From Amoebidium appalachense (lineage: Eukaryota > Protista > Ichthyosporea), in NCBI GenBank assembly GCA_963693365.1, contig CAVNZM010000007.1, positions 5,081,962 to 5,145,961 on the forward strand: a stretch of DNA of 64,000 nucleotides, given 5' to 3'. Made by a program: the position numbers and the translations under genes. A model generated the notes under the pieces. That model was given only the letters and a program-made list of their open reading frames with translations. It did no database searches and was not told the DNA's origin. This document shows positions 43,772 through 63,435 of this stretch, one piece after another. Each line of letters begins with the position of its first letter. Position 1 is the stretch's first letter.

Positions 43772-45114
43772 GTTATCTTTGTGCTATTGGGCTAGTGTCT
43801 GTGTGTGTGCTTGTGCCACTGTGTGTTGTTTTGTGTGTGTGGTCACAACAAGCTTAAGCGCAACTCGGAAACTAATATTTGCCGAGAGTTGGACCTGACG
43901 CTTATTCCGAGCTCAATGACTAGATTGTACTTATTTTGTGATTATATTGCAAGAACTCAATACTATACGTTTTTCACCTGTTTTGCAGTGCCAAAGGTGC
44001 TTCCAAGAGATGTCTGGCTTTATGCATGGATGTGAATTTGAGTGCGTTTGATTCTGGTTTAGGCTGTTTCGCTGGCTTATTTATATGCGCGTTTTGTATT
44101 TGGCCAAATGCTATTGGCGGCATATTTTGAGCCGCAAAGGACATCGACCAATAAAGCTTGAGTCTGTTACATCTCCCTTCACTTGAGGATGGGGTTCAAA
44201 GAGCTTGAATAGAACAATTTTCATCACCAACCGGTAATTTAAATTGGAATTATTGGACTATATCAAGGCTCTCAGGCTTTGCCAATGGACCACAACCCTC
44301 TAAGATTGATTGCATGCTTGTGTCGATGGAACATGCTGTGTTGAATACCTACCGGAGAAAATTTTACACAAAATGAAGCAAGGACATCTATAAATAAATA
44401 TAATCGATCAACACTTGATCTGGAGAGCTCAGACTTGGAGACCAGGGACTTGTGACGGCGCCCTGCGACTACATGCTCTCTTGGGTGTAGGGAGACTAAA
44501 CTTCCTGGACCACAAGATAGATTGACCAATTATAAAATCTTCCCATGTTGGCCAATCAACGAAGACCATCTAGATGATGCCATTGAGTTCCCCTTGTACG
44601 TGTGACACGTGGCACGTGTGTCAGGACTCACGCTCTCACACAAAGGAGGAATCTAAGCATTCACTTTTTTGTGGCTTAATCATTACCATGTTCAAGCTTA
44701 TGTACGTATCCATGGTTTTTGAGCTTGTTTTCCACTAGGTTTCGTACGCAACTAGGTTTCGTACACTTGGTTTCAAATTCGTACGCAAGCCGCGGCTGCG
44801 GGATCGATACGCGCTGCAGCTGACCGCAACGCAAATTCTGGTAGAGTATGTACGTATACCGCAGGCACTGGCCACCTCAAAATGCACAATCTCCAACTTG
44901 TCCACCGCCAAAATTTTAAAATACCCAAGTAACAGAAATGTACAGCACACAGAAGACGTTCTAGGTAGGGCCGCATCATGCATGTACCTATTGTACATGG
45001 CCTCAAAAGCAGCCGCTGAAGTTAGCAGCTATTGTGTTTTTCTCGGAGGCCTTTGATTTGCAAATAAAAACACGGATTTCCATTTGCGTGATTTGTAGCT
45101 AATTAAACCAACCT

Positions 45115-45361
45115 CCCGTATCTACCATTTTTGACGAAATCGAGGACGATCTGATCGAGGATTTCGGATGGCCCTGTTGCGGCACTTGAAATTCTCGAAT
45201 CAATCAAGCAATCGAGGGCATGACGTCAATCTGACGTTTTGTAAACAAATGACGTCATCATAGATCGCTTGGTATGTTCGAGAATTTCAATAGCCGCGTC
45301 AGGGCCATTCGAAATCCTTGATCGGATCATCCTCGATCAGGGCTAAAAATGGTAGATACGG
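45115..45361. mobile_element. Palindromic MITE (~247 bp) with long imperfect inverted arms
   Basis: Ends are CCGTATCTACCATTTTT … AAAAATGGTAGATACGG. The internal arms also pair (ATCGAGGA…GATCGAGGATTTCGGATGGCCCTG with CAGGGCCATTCGAAATCCTTGATC…TCCTCGAT). An ACCT direct repeat flanks it at 45111-45114 and 45362-45365. Confidence 0.8.
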
Positions 45362-45809
45362 ACCTTGCTTTGAAGATCAGGAGTAGGGCGATCGAGGTTC
45401 TGATCGATCGGGGCGGGTCCCCCGGGGCCCCGCCGCCCGTCCGCCGGCCACTGCAGTGTCGAACCTTTCGAGTGATTTACTTCATTACGCACTCGTGTGT
45501 GTATTATATTTGTGGCCCAAAAATAATTAACATTTTCAACACCAGCTTTTGTGTTGTACTGGTCGTGTAACCCACGAGTCGTCGGACGCACAGCACCCAG
45601 TACAAAAGGACACTGAAGTGTACCAACCAATCGACATCTTTATGATCTGACGTCATATGACCAGCCTATGGTCGTTCTATGCATAAACAGATCTCCGTAG
45701 GATCGATGCGGCTGAGTGGTTCAGTCGCATAACGCAAGCATTATATTTCAAGTCCGTGTTCTTCACGTCACATTCACAAGCTCACTTTATCTGAGGTAAG
45801 TTGCTATCC

Positions 45810-45843
<34 letters not shown>

Positions 45844-45887
45844 GCTCCCCTCGCGGTCCTCCCCCATGCCCCGTCTCTCTTTTTCCG

Positions 45888-46306
<419 letters not shown>

Positions 46307-47333
46307 ACCCTGCCCCCCTCTCTCCCTTTCTCTCGTTTTCCTGGAAGTTCTCTCTTTTTCTCTCTCTTTCTCTCACTTTCTCTCCCTCTTCTCAACCACA
46401 TGCCCTCACCCGGCCGCATCTCCACGTTCTTCCTCTCGCTCCCCTCTCTCTCCCCGCTTCTCGTTCTCTCTCACCCATTCCCTCTCTCTCTTCACTAATC
46501 CTCGCCCCCTCCTCCTCCCGTTTTTTCTGTCTCCCCTTTTTTCCATCTCATACTGTCCCTCTCCCCTTCCTCATCCCTCTATTCAAACCCATGCACTCTC
46601 TCTCTTTTCATCCTCCACACACACGGGCACGCACACATACCCCCGCTCTGCATGTGCCCCCACCTCCCTGCACACACACTCTCTCTTTCTCTCTCTCTTT
46701 CTCTCCTTCTCTCTCTCTATCCCCCCCCCCCCCCCCCCCCTTTCTCCCTCTAACGCACTCCCTGCCCTCCCTCTCTCTCCCTCTCCTTTTCTCTGTCTCT
46801 CTCTCCCTCCCCCTCTCTACGTGTGTGTGCATATGTGTGGTGTTTGCGATTGTCCCCCCCCCCCCCCCCCCCCTCCCCCCCTCCCCCCCTCACCCCCCCC
46901 CCCCCCCCCCCCCCCCACCCCCTACTCCACCCCACCCCACCCCCACTCCCTCTCCCTCCTTTTCTCAACCACCTTGATCACCATCACCACCATTCACGTT
47001 CGTAACCTAGACAGGCGCCAAACACTCCTCCCTTTGCACACCCTCTCTGTCGCTTCCTCCCAGCCGCCTTTTCCGCATGCGCACCGGCGATCAAAAAATG
47101 CTCATATCCCTTCCTCACCTCGCCCCGACTCCTCCCCCCTTAACCCCCCCCCCCCTTTCCCCCCTCCCCCCCAAACCCCCCAACCCCTGGCCCCCCGTCG
47201 CCCCGTCCCGCCCCCGCCCTATCCCTCACCAGCCCCGTCCTGTCCTATGACCACCCCAACGTTTAGCAGAACCCCGGATCCCTACACCAACATTGCATAA
47301 TCTGGCTTATTCTTACATCTTTCCTGCTCCCCC

Positions 47334-47368
<35 letters not shown>

Positions 47369-47488
47369 CCCAACCCCACCCCCCACCCACGTCCCTTCAC
47401 CACCCCTCCGTGTCCCATTTTCTCTCCGGTCGTCCCTTTTTTTTTTCCCTTCACTTTTCTCCCTTTTATGCAATAATAGGAACCCGTC

Positions 47489-47534
<46 letters not shown>

Positions 47535-47834
47535 CCCCCTACTCTTTCACCTGGTAGACCGTGTGCCCTGTTTTCCGTATGCATACCAAAGAACACATAC
47601 ACACCTGCTTGGTCACAATAGGGAGGGTATGGTTGGGTTTGTAACTTTTTACTGCACTTATTGCCTCGTATATGGTGGCTAATGTAAGTGTGCAAGACGG
47701 CAGGAATTTCTATTCCCTGACCCCCCCCCCCCCCCCCCCCCCCCCCCTTGTCACACACAAAAATAAAAGTCATAAATAAATAAAAATACAACTGTAGTAC
47801 CACCAGGTTCACCCCACCCACCCATCCACAAGCA

Positions 47835-47898
<64 letters not shown>

Positions 47899-48097
47899 AC
47901 ATACACACCCATTCAACACACACACAACACACACACACACACACACGCGCGCGCTCATACACGCATACACGCACACCACTGCGGCACCAAACTACTACCA
48001 ACACTACACACACACACATACACACACACATAACGTAGACAAGAATATATTCTACCAACTATCCCTTCGCATTAACGTGTACCTTCCCCGATCCCTC

Positions 48098-48142
<45 letters not shown>

Positions 48143-48235
48143 AAAAAAAAAAAAAAACCACCAGTCAAAATAAATAAATAAATACCCCCCCCCCTCCCCC
48201 TCTCATCCCTCCCCACCCTGCGCCCACAGGTCATC

Positions 48236-48364
48236 ATGTTTTCATCGTTCACCAAGCCGTTTGCCGCTGCCTCTGAGCGCAACAAAGAGCCTATCTTGGA
48301 GGTGCTTAGGGAGCTGCTGACGAGTGAATATGACGGGTGCACAGTGCTGGAAGTGGGCTCGGGT

Positions 48365-48413
<49 letters not shown>

Positions 48414-49222
48414 GGTGGGTGGGTGTGTGGGTGGGTGTGCGCGTGTGTGTGCCCCAAGGTGTTAAGAGTGCCGGTGGTGTGGTGTGCATGCGGACGGCAG
48501 GTGCTTTGTTCCCCCCCCCCCCCCCCCCCCCCTCCCCCCCATTTTTTTTTTGGAAATCCACGCCTTTGGGTAATTCCTGTGTGGGTATACCCGAGAGTGT
48601 TTCTACTGGTGGTGTGTGTGTGTGGTGCTGGTGGTGGATTGGGTGGGTTGGGGGGGGGGGGGGGGGGGGGGGAGGGGGAGAAGGTAGCACGGGAAGGGGC
48701 GGGGGCGGGGGTTGGAGGGAGGCGGGGGGGGGGGGGGGGGGGGGGGTTGGGAGCCATTTTTTATTTTTATTTTTTTTATTTTTTTTGGGGGGGGGGGAGG
48801 GGGGGTCGTTTGAGGGTGACAAGTTAGTAGGGGGGCAAATTGGTGATATTGCAGTTTGCAGCGGGTGGGTGGGGGAGGGAAGGAAGTGTGGAAGAATCCC
48901 AGCATATTGTACTCTCCTTCCCCCCCCCCCCCCCCCCCCCCCCCCTCCTCCCCCCCGACACACACGCACACACAAACACACACACACACACTCTCTCTCT
49001 CTCCATCTCTCTCTCTCTCTGCAGCTCCTCCCTCCCTCCCTGTACATACCTAATTGGCTGTCCACTCCTCCTTCCCCGGGGGAAAAGAAAAAAAGAGTAA
49101 AATAGATCACTACTAGTACTAGTAATCTATCCGGAGCACGGACCCCCTCGCCTATCCGTGTTATTCTCCTTGCACCTGAGCTATACCCTCCACATAGCCC
49201 CCCACCCCCCTCCCCCCCGATA

Positions 49223-49319
<97 letters not shown>

Positions 49320-49793
49320 CAACTTTTTGTTCCCCTCCCTCTCATATTTCCTTATCCCACCCGGTCCCCACACCAGCTCATTCTCCTTTTTCCCCACCCC
49401 TTCCCACCCCCTTCAACCCCCCCCCTCCCCCCCCCCCCACACACACACCCAAAAAAAATGAATAAATCTTCAATAAATAAATAGAAATGATGACAAACCA
49501 AAAGAAAAAGGGAAAAAAGAGAGAGAGAGAGAGAGAGAGAGAATAAGAAAAAGAAACAAAAAGAACAGAAAAAAAGCAAAAACCAAAAAAGCCTTCACCT
49601 CCACATCCTTGGTTAAAAAAACCCGAAAAATTGCAGCTATTATCTGACACATGACCCTCTTCGAATCAAACACAGGCACGGGGCAGCACGTGGTACACTT
49701 TGCACCAAACTTCCCAAAGCTGACCTGGCAGCCTACAGATTTGGCAGAGTATAGCCCCCCCCCCCCCCCCCCCCCCCCCCCCGCCCTAAACCA

Positions 49794-49868
<75 letters not shown>

Positions 49869-50345
49869 ACATGCACACACACAAAACAAAAAGAACAGTG
49901 AGAGAGACAGGGTGAGAGTGAGATTGAGTGAGATTTAGGGAGAGAGGGGAAGAAGAAGTAGGCAGAAGAAGTGGAAGAAGAAAAGGGGAAAGAAAACCCA
50001 GAAAGGTCGATTGTGGTCATGTTGGTAATAGTATTGATATAACAAAATATAATGGTGACATACAACAAGAAACAGAGAGAACGATAACTCTATTGGAGCA
50101 GGGAGAATACTGCCCGCGCCCGCACACACACACCACTTCTCACCAGCAAGGATCACTCGCACTAACCCCTGACTTATCACCCATCGATGATCTGGTTTTG
50201 CAAGTAGGCCTTTATGGTTGGTTGGCTTTCGCGTGGAATAATATAGATGAAACCACTACATTGTTGTGCTTGGTTTCAGGGTGGTGACCCAAGGAGCAAC
50301 AAGGATGAAACTCATCCATACACATGCACACGCAGGCGCACACTT

Positions 50346-50426
<81 letters not shown>

Positions 50427-50514
50427 ACACATGCTCACACTTCCGTGAACACGCACACACTCACTTGCACTCACTCACACACACACACACACACACACAC
50501 ACATGCACACACAT

Positions 50515-50581
<67 letters not shown>

Positions 50582-52277
50582 AATATGCCCGGCCTAGTCG
50601 CTTGGATTGTCGATGCCGAGCACCCAAATATCAAGTAAGATGCCCCCTAGCCCCTCTCCCCTCCCCACCTCGTCCCCCCCCCCCCCCTCCCCCCCCCCCC
50701 CGGGGCCCGCCCCGGTCCCTCGGATTAGGGCTCTATCCCCCACTTCCTTCCTCTCCCCTTCCATATACTCGCCAGCACACAGACTCGAAACTCTCCTCTC
50801 TCTCCCCTGCCTCTTCGTGCCCCTCCCCTCCGTACCCCTCCCTGTTCTCTCTCTCTCTTCCCCCCCTCCCCCCTCCCCCCCCCCCCCCCCCCCCTCTTTC
50901 GACACCTCTCCTCCCTCACACATACACACACACACGCACGCACTCCCCCCCCCCCCCCCCCCCCCTCTCTAACCACCCCCCGCCCTCCCCGCACCCTCCC
51001 CCCCCCCCCCCCCCCCCCCTTCCTCCTGCCCTCCTCTCTCTTACTTAACCCCCCTCCCCCTCCCTCCCCTCTTCCCCCACCTCCCCCCACCCCCCTCCCT
51101 AGTTAGGTTTAGTATAAGAGGGTTAAGGGGCCGAAACTCAGAAAGAGTTAACGAATTAGCCACCTCCTCCCCTCCCCCCCCCGGGGGAGCTTCCTAGAAG
51201 CCCCGTCTCCTAAGTTCCTATCTATATTTTTCTTGCTTCTGCTTACTGCTGCAACTTTAACCCCCGGCCTTTCCCACTGCCCTTGCCTGCATAAGCAACC
51301 CTGCTCGTCTCTGATCAAGACGGGTGAACTACCCATGTTCAAGTGAAACAGTATCTGAGTTGGGTTTCGTTAACGAGGTGAATAGGTCGAAACTCGGGTA
51401 CTGTGGATGACGTGGGCCCCCCCTGAGGATGGGCTCTGCTTATTATGCATACTCTTTTATGTATGGCTTGCATTCTACATCGTGTTATCCGTTTGTTCCT
51501 GTATACTTCGTACTTTTTGACGCATTCAAACCCCCCCCCTCGGCGGAGGATTGGGCTCTTCTTATGCTACATGCTGTGTGTTATTGATGTTGCATACTTG
51601 CATGTTCGCTGCTGCGTTTTATTACGTGCCCTGTGTTCTGCACCTTTCTTCTTATCGTGCAGTTGTATTCCGTTACAAGATGTAACCCCCCTTCCCCCCT
51701 CCCCCCTCCCCCCTCTCCCCCCCTTTCCTCCGAGGGACGGCCTTTGCTTATTATGCATACTCTGTATGTATGGCTTGCACTCTGCATTGTGTTGTCCGCT
51801 ATGGATGTGTACTTGGTACAATAGCTACCCCCCCGGCGGCTTCTCTTTCCCATAATCACTCTCCCCCCCCCCCCCCCCCCCCCCTCCCCCCACTCCTCCC
51901 CCCCCCCCCCCCCCCCAACCCAAAAAATAAAATAAAAATAAAAATAAAATAACAGGGACCCAGCCGTGCTTGATGCCGGCAACGATAACCACTGGCTGCA
52001 GCTCAAGGGGCAGCCCTATGACGTCATCTACACGGCAAACACGTCGCACATCATGCCCTGGAACAGCGTGCTCTCGCTGTTCAGGCACGTGAGAGGCGGA
52101 GCACTGAGGAGGGCAAAAGCTGGTAAATGGATTATTCCCAGAGTGTGATTGGTTGACGTTTTTTTTTTTTCCCCTGATTAATCATTGGTGGTGTATGATT
52201 GGTGCTGGTGTTGGTGTTGGCATTGGGAGTTTGGCTGGACGGGTGGCATGTCATGTTGTAAAAGGACATGTGAGAGG

Positions 52278-52341
<64 letters not shown>

Positions 52342-52654
52342 AGCAGCATGGGACCAGAACACCCATGATTCCCCCCCCCCCCCCCGCCCGCCCGCCCAAC
52401 AGGGAAAAAAAAACACACTGAAGCAGAAGTTGGTCTCTCGCTAACACACACTCTCTCTGTGGGTGATGGTCGTTGCAGGGGACCGGCCAGGCCTGTTCAT
52501 CATGTACGGCCCATTCAACGATAACGGCCAGTTCACAAGCGAGGGCAATAAGACACTCGACACACACATCAAGGTACTGAAATTTTTAATTGACTTCCTC
52601 CCTTCCCTCCCCCCCCCCTCCCCCCCAACACACACACACACACGCACCTTCCAT

Positions 52655-52685
<31 letters not shown>

Positions 52686-52975
52686 CCTTCCATCCCCCCC
52701 CCCTTCCACCGACACACACACACACACGCACACACACACTCACACACCCCCCCCTCGTACTCCGTAACACATTCCAACCCCCCGCCCCCTCCCCTCAGCA
52801 TGGATGATGGGCTCCTTGCAAGCATCTTACCGTTTTAATTTTTTCGTTTCTCATTTGGTTTTTGGTCCTGGTGTTTTTCAACCAATGCCCCTTGTCTCGA
52901 TGGTTTTTCAGCCTCTTGAATCGAAGAGTGGGGAAGGTGGGTGGTGGGTGTGGATGTGGGTGTGGGTGTGTGTGT

Positions 52976-53007
<32 letters not shown>

Positions 53008-53365
53008 CGAGAGGGGGAGACGAGAGGGGGAAAGATGTGAAGGAAGATTGATACGACATGTGAGAAATAGCACAGGAGGTAGACGTAAAGACCTCAAGTG
53101 GAATGGACACCTCACACACACACAGGAACAAGCGCACGTGCATCGTGTGTGTGTGTAGTGCCCATTGCGCCGTGTATGCCACTGTGTTTCTCGGTTTTTT
53201 GGTGTGTGCATGTTTGTTTGCACGGAGGCGCGTCTAACGTGTATGGTAAACAGTAGACGGATGCCTATCTAACACCCACACACGTGTAAACGTGTATGCG
53301 AATATGCACACATACTTGTACATACACTGTCACTCACGTGCACACTCATGTACGAACACACACCA

Positions 53366-53410
<45 letters not shown>

Positions 53411-53609
53411 CCGCGCGCGCGCGCGTAAACACACATGTACACACACACACACACACGTACGCACACGTGCACAGGGCATCAACCCCCTGAGTGGCCTCAG
53501 AGACATGCAGGCCGTTCTAGCTGCAGCCAAGGAGGAGGGTGGCCTGGCCTTTGTCAAAGACATCAAGATGCCCGCAAACAACCACACACTCGTGTTTCTG
53601 GGTGTGTAA
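48236..53609 (+). CDS. METTL26: Methyltransferase-like 26 / DUF938 SAM-dependent methyltransferase
   Basis: Exons 48236-48362, 49676-49748, 50581-50634, 51956-52122, 52479-52573, 53475-53609. Motifs: A.SERNKEPILEVL, VLEVGSGTGQH..HFA..FP.LTWQPTD, D.IYTAN..HIMPW, L..YGPF…GQFTSEGN..D, GLRD, MPANN..LVF. An acceptor just before the ATG (CACAG at about 48229) suggests an upstream exon. Confidence 0.9.
51285..51830 (-). repeat. Three tandem G-anchored repeat modules plus tail in METTL26 intron 3
   Basis: Modules at about 51421-51535, 51545-51690 and 51730-51830 each begin (plus strand) with a GAGGATGGGCTCTGCTTATTATGCATAC-like sequence and end in a C-run. They are homologous to 59158-59560 and 32747-32940. 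Confidence 0.75.
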
Positions 53610-53689
53610 CCACCTTTTCCCCCCCCTCCCCCCCCTCCCCCCCCCCCCCCCTTCGCCCCTTCCCCTCTCTCCCTCTCCACCTCCCCCCC

Positions 53690-53739
<50 letters not shown>

Positions 53740-53841
53740 ACACACGTGCGCGCTCTCACTAGCATATGTGCTCACACGCACACGCACATGCACACATGCG
53801 CAGGCGCGCAGATACACCCAAGCAACACACTGATTGCGTGA

Positions 53842-53872
<31 letters not shown>

Positions 53873-53908
53873 ACAACACACACAAGAAAAATGCAAAGGG
53901 GGTTGGGT

Positions 53909-53939
<31 letters not shown>

Positions 53940-54181
53940 GGGGAGAGAGAGAGAGGGGGGGGGGGGGGGGGGGGGGGGGAATGTCTCGGCCACTTTTTAG
54001 TTATGCCTCTCGTGTTCCGGATTCGTGGCATTCTCCACCTGCCAACTGTCTCAGAGGGTTTTGCTAATAGTGCCTCAAATGTGAGAGGTGGTCTTAGTAA
54101 ACGTTGGGGGAAAGCGCTCGATTTTATCGAGGGTGTTTTTCCGTCTTTTTCATTTATCATTTATTTCTCCCCCCGGTCCCC

Positions 54182-54268
<87 letters not shown>

Positions 54269-55725
54269 CAAAATACACCATTCACAGCACAAGATGACTA
54301 GTGGGCATGAGATGGCGGTTTTGAAGGTGTGGGGCCATCCATCAAGAATCAACTACTGGGAGAGGACTCTCAGGCAATGCCTTTTTCCTCCTTAGATTCT
54401 CGTTTTCTTTCCCCTTTTTCCTTTTGGTTGCGTGATACCCAACAATATTTTCAGAGGTTTGATGTTTTTCCCGGTTATTTTGGCCGTGAAAGTGAGCATT
54501 GCTGGCGCACTTGGCTAACGGTTAACTGGTGCCACCTTTGGCATGCAAACGGGCATGCACTACACGCAAGCGTGCGCACGCGCGCGTGCGCGCGCGCGCA
54601 CACACACACACACACAAGCACGCAACACATGCCACGTTGGCGTTAAACTTTGCTCTTCAGCCCAAAAAGGACACGATGTTAGAGAAGTAACTCCGCAAAC
54701 ACGGAATTTTTCCGAATTCACCACGTCCAGGCACACAAACACGCCTTTGTTTGGCAATTCCCAGAACACGAGTGGATTTTAGTTTTTAGTTGGTTATACG
54801 TTGGTTCTTTATGACACATTTTACAAACGGCATATTGTAGAACACATGTAGAAACCATGTATTGTTAACACTATTTGCAGAACACGTTGTAGGGCCCTCA
54901 CTAGAATATGATGTAGAGCACATTCTAGAAACAGCTACACAGTGTTAGAACACATTATAACACAGATTGTGGAACACAATGACCAGTGGCAATTGTTCTT
55001 TTAACCATAGAGGGATTGAAGTTTGGTGGGCTAAAGATAAAGAATGCATGCATGTAATGACTGTAATTTATTTTGGTAAGGATATTGCATAACGAACGAG
55101 CCTTTCGATCTATTTTCCTACTTTTTTGTTTGTTTTATAATCTTTTGTAAACCATAAAATGCTAAGTCTGTGCTGGCAAATCGTCGTGCACGTGCCTTTT
55201 AAAATTTGATTAAAGTCAAAAAAATAATAATAATAATGCCATGATATGATTCGAAAGTCTGAATACTACTGAGATGTATACGTGGTCCCCCCCCCCCCCC
55301 CCCCCCCCCCCCAACACACACACACATGTACACACACACACGTGCGCGCACACTCGACTCACAAGTGCCCACACACACCACCAAAAGAAAACAAACACAC
55401 GTGGTTCACGGTAGCCACGTGACTGACAACCTCCCCCCACTGCCCCCACCCGGCCCTCACCCACCCCCCTCCCTCCTCAAAAAAAAAAGTAAATAAATAA
55501 ATGAAATAAAATATTTAAAAATCTTAGTAGTATTTGAAATGCCACTTTTAATTCTCCAAGTCCACCGGTATGTCATTCGGAACGTAATGGGCCGAAGAGA
55601 AAAGTATGAGAAGGATGATGAGCTCGAGAATGGACTCAGAAGTGATTTCTCATGCCCCATATCCCGGTGGTTGTGTGTGTGTGTGTGTACATTGGTGATG
55701 GATCATGATGGTGGCGTGTGTGTGT

Positions 55726-55792
<67 letters not shown>

Positions 55793-56211
55793 TGCCCGGG
55801 GGGAGGAGAAAGGGAGGATTCCAAGCACTCCCGATAGACCCCAGATAGACCGTGGACTTTTCTCGAGTTGGGGTTCTTTTCCCTTTTGCAATTTTAATAA
55901 AGAGACGTGCCTAGATAAACTAAAGCTAGATTTCATCACAGATGAATTGTTTACGTCTGACCTTGCTGAACTATAAATGGATGCCCCCAGGGCACACACC
56001 GGCTAGATTAAATCTTCAAATCCAACATATGAATAAAGCATTTTTGCCACATGTTTACTACTAACGTTAGCTTGCACTATGCCCACATCCGCTACTTTGT
56101 GAGATCTTGGATCATTCAATCATTAAGTGTTAATCACGCTTAGCCAAACGCTTATCAAGCCAATTGTCATTCAGTTGCAGTTTCCATTCCTCCCCCATCC
56201 TCCCCCCCTCC

Positions 56212-56242
<31 letters not shown>

Positions 56243-56251
56243 ACATTCCTC

Positions 56252-56305
<54 letters not shown>

Positions 56306-56654
56306 AAAAAAAAAAAAGAAAAAAGAAAAAAAAGAAAAAAAAAGGGCACGAGTCCACCACCACCATCGCCACCACCACCTGGGCCTACCCGTTCAACCAA
56401 CACCATAACACCCATATAGGTCACAACACCATAACACCCATATAGGTCAGATACGGTGTGGCACCTAACACAAGCGACAGGCACCGTGTGAGACACACAG
56501 AACCTTAAAGATAAACAAGGGCGGGACATATCGGTGCCCCCCCCTCCCCCTACACACACAAACAATGCCCCTCCCCCCCCCCCCCCCCCCCCTCTCCCTG
56601 TTGTTACACCCCCTGCCCGCCACACACACACACACTGACAACACCCACTCCCTC

Positions 56655-56694
<40 letters not shown>

Positions 56695-56746
56695 AACACA
56701 CACGCCACCCCCATCCACTCCCCCACTCCCCCACTCCCCCCCCCCC

Positions 56747-56777
<31 letters not shown>

Positions 56778-57042
56778 ACTAACACACACCACCCCCATCC
56801 ACTCCCCCACTCTTCCCCCCTCCCCCTCCCCTCCCCCACCCCCACCCCCCCACCTCCACCCCCCCACACACATCATTCATCAAAAAACGACATCATGCAC
56901 AAAAACACATCTCAGTGCCCCCCATGCCCCATACATACCCCACCAATCATCTGGTCCCCCATCCCATCCCATCCCCACCTACTCATCGTAGTACACCCCC
57001 CACACACGTTTACCCATTCAAAACCCATCCCAACACTTCCAC

Positions 57043-61649
<4,607 letters not shown>

Positions 61650-63435
61650 GATTCATCTATGGGGTATAAGCACATACAAGCACCTTACTAGATTAACCCA
61701 GGAGAAGACAGAAAAAGAGAAGTTGAAAAAGTTCCAACTAATGATGATAGGAAAGGAGCCTACAAGTTTCGGGTGTCACCACTCGGCACCTTTTCTTTCG
61801 ACTTGGGCTATTTCGAACTCTTCAAAGCCCAGAAAAACGTTGCGAAATATCCATAACTCCCATCTAGCGCCAAAATCCTACATCTCCTTAACATTGGTAA
61901 CTTTCCTCTCTATCCCCTCTTTTCCTCGTTTGCTCCATAGGCCTGTGACTGAGCTTCGCACTTGCTGCTTTTTCACGTTTGCGTCAGGTGGCTCACCGTT
62001 GCCTATTTTGGAATCAGCCAGTTACTAAACGTCACGCAGAGTGTATTGCCGGGCTGCTTTTTGTGGAACGATCCGCAAATGAGCGCAGAGGATACCGATG
62101 CAAGGTCAACCAATCAGCTTGCGGTAATTACAGGGGGGCATGTGCTGAGCAGGGGCGCAATATAATTGGGTAGCTCCCAGATCGTTTCTACTTGAGATTC
62201 GCGAGCGATGCCAGAACTCATGAGTTTTTAGTTCATAAAAGAAAAGTGGGTTGGGTATCAATAATATTGTGAATATTAGTTGTCTGTTTGATTATTAAAG
62301 TATTAAATAGCAACTCATGATAATTCTGATAGGCGAATGTGCGGTGCAACACTAATACTATGCAAACTAATCATAAATAGCAAAAAAAAGGGGTAAATGC
62401 TTTTCTGGGCCAGCAACTGCAACATATATTTGACATTCAAAAGATCGCTTTTTATCTTGTTTTTCTCTTTTATAGCCCATATTTAGATACCATTTTTCGT
62501 CGTTGCTAATATAGCTGCTTTATTCCTGGTTTACCAAACTGTTACTAACGCTATTCGCCGATGTCTTGCCTAGGTATTCTGTCTACCTCAAAGCTGCACG
62601 TGCTACCCCCCTCGGACTAGTGCTGCACAATGTGCACATGCACTCTCATGCATGGCGTAAAAGAAACCTTAGAAAACTTCAACCATGTATATATGCTTAG
62701 GTGTATATTTTGCCACTATTTTTTTACCCAAAAATTTTGGTCTGCTACATTGTATGTAGTTCAAACTAACTCAGAACATGAAGAATATAATGACAGTCAG
62801 CTGACGCGGCCCTGACAGCGGCTGACCATATTTGTGATTGGCGGATATATGAAGCGTTCCTGGGTGCCCGCCCGTAACTGTGCAGATGAGCTTTAAAGAG
62901 ATTGGCTGCCGAGTTTACGATATAAAGAATGGCTCACCGGAAAACCCATGTTTGACGGCAGCAGACAACCTTTATGTGAATTTGTGTAGATTAAAATAAT
63001 TGTAAATTGTATTAATGATAATTTCCTATCTTAAGGATAAGTGTTTCTACACCTATAGTTCTATTTTGAAGTATATATCAACCTGAAGGTTATTCCATTT
63101 ACTGGTAGCTTTGTGGTAAGATTGTTTATTTTATTTAAGTGGCTAATTGTCATATTGTTATGTAGGGTGCACGCATGACCATGTGATCGAATTGGATCCC
63201 AGGCTCACCCCAACAGTCGTATCAAGGTATAAAAGGACGCCTTGTGGTCAAACTCTGGTCAGTTGTATCGGCCTCTTTTTTGTGAGAAAAGGGTCTTCCA
63301 CTCTTGTGATTGTTCCCAAGGGAAAGTAGATCCTTGCATAAAAACAAAACGTGGCATTTATACGAAAGGCAGTCAAGTCAAACATTATACGTATTGTGAA
63401 GGTCTTTCGTAGGTTCTTTACTTATTACAATCACA

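Noticed and set aside
55610-55660. ATGATGA box-C-like motif (snoRNA candidate)
   Set aside because: No properly placed CTGA box D or terminal stem.
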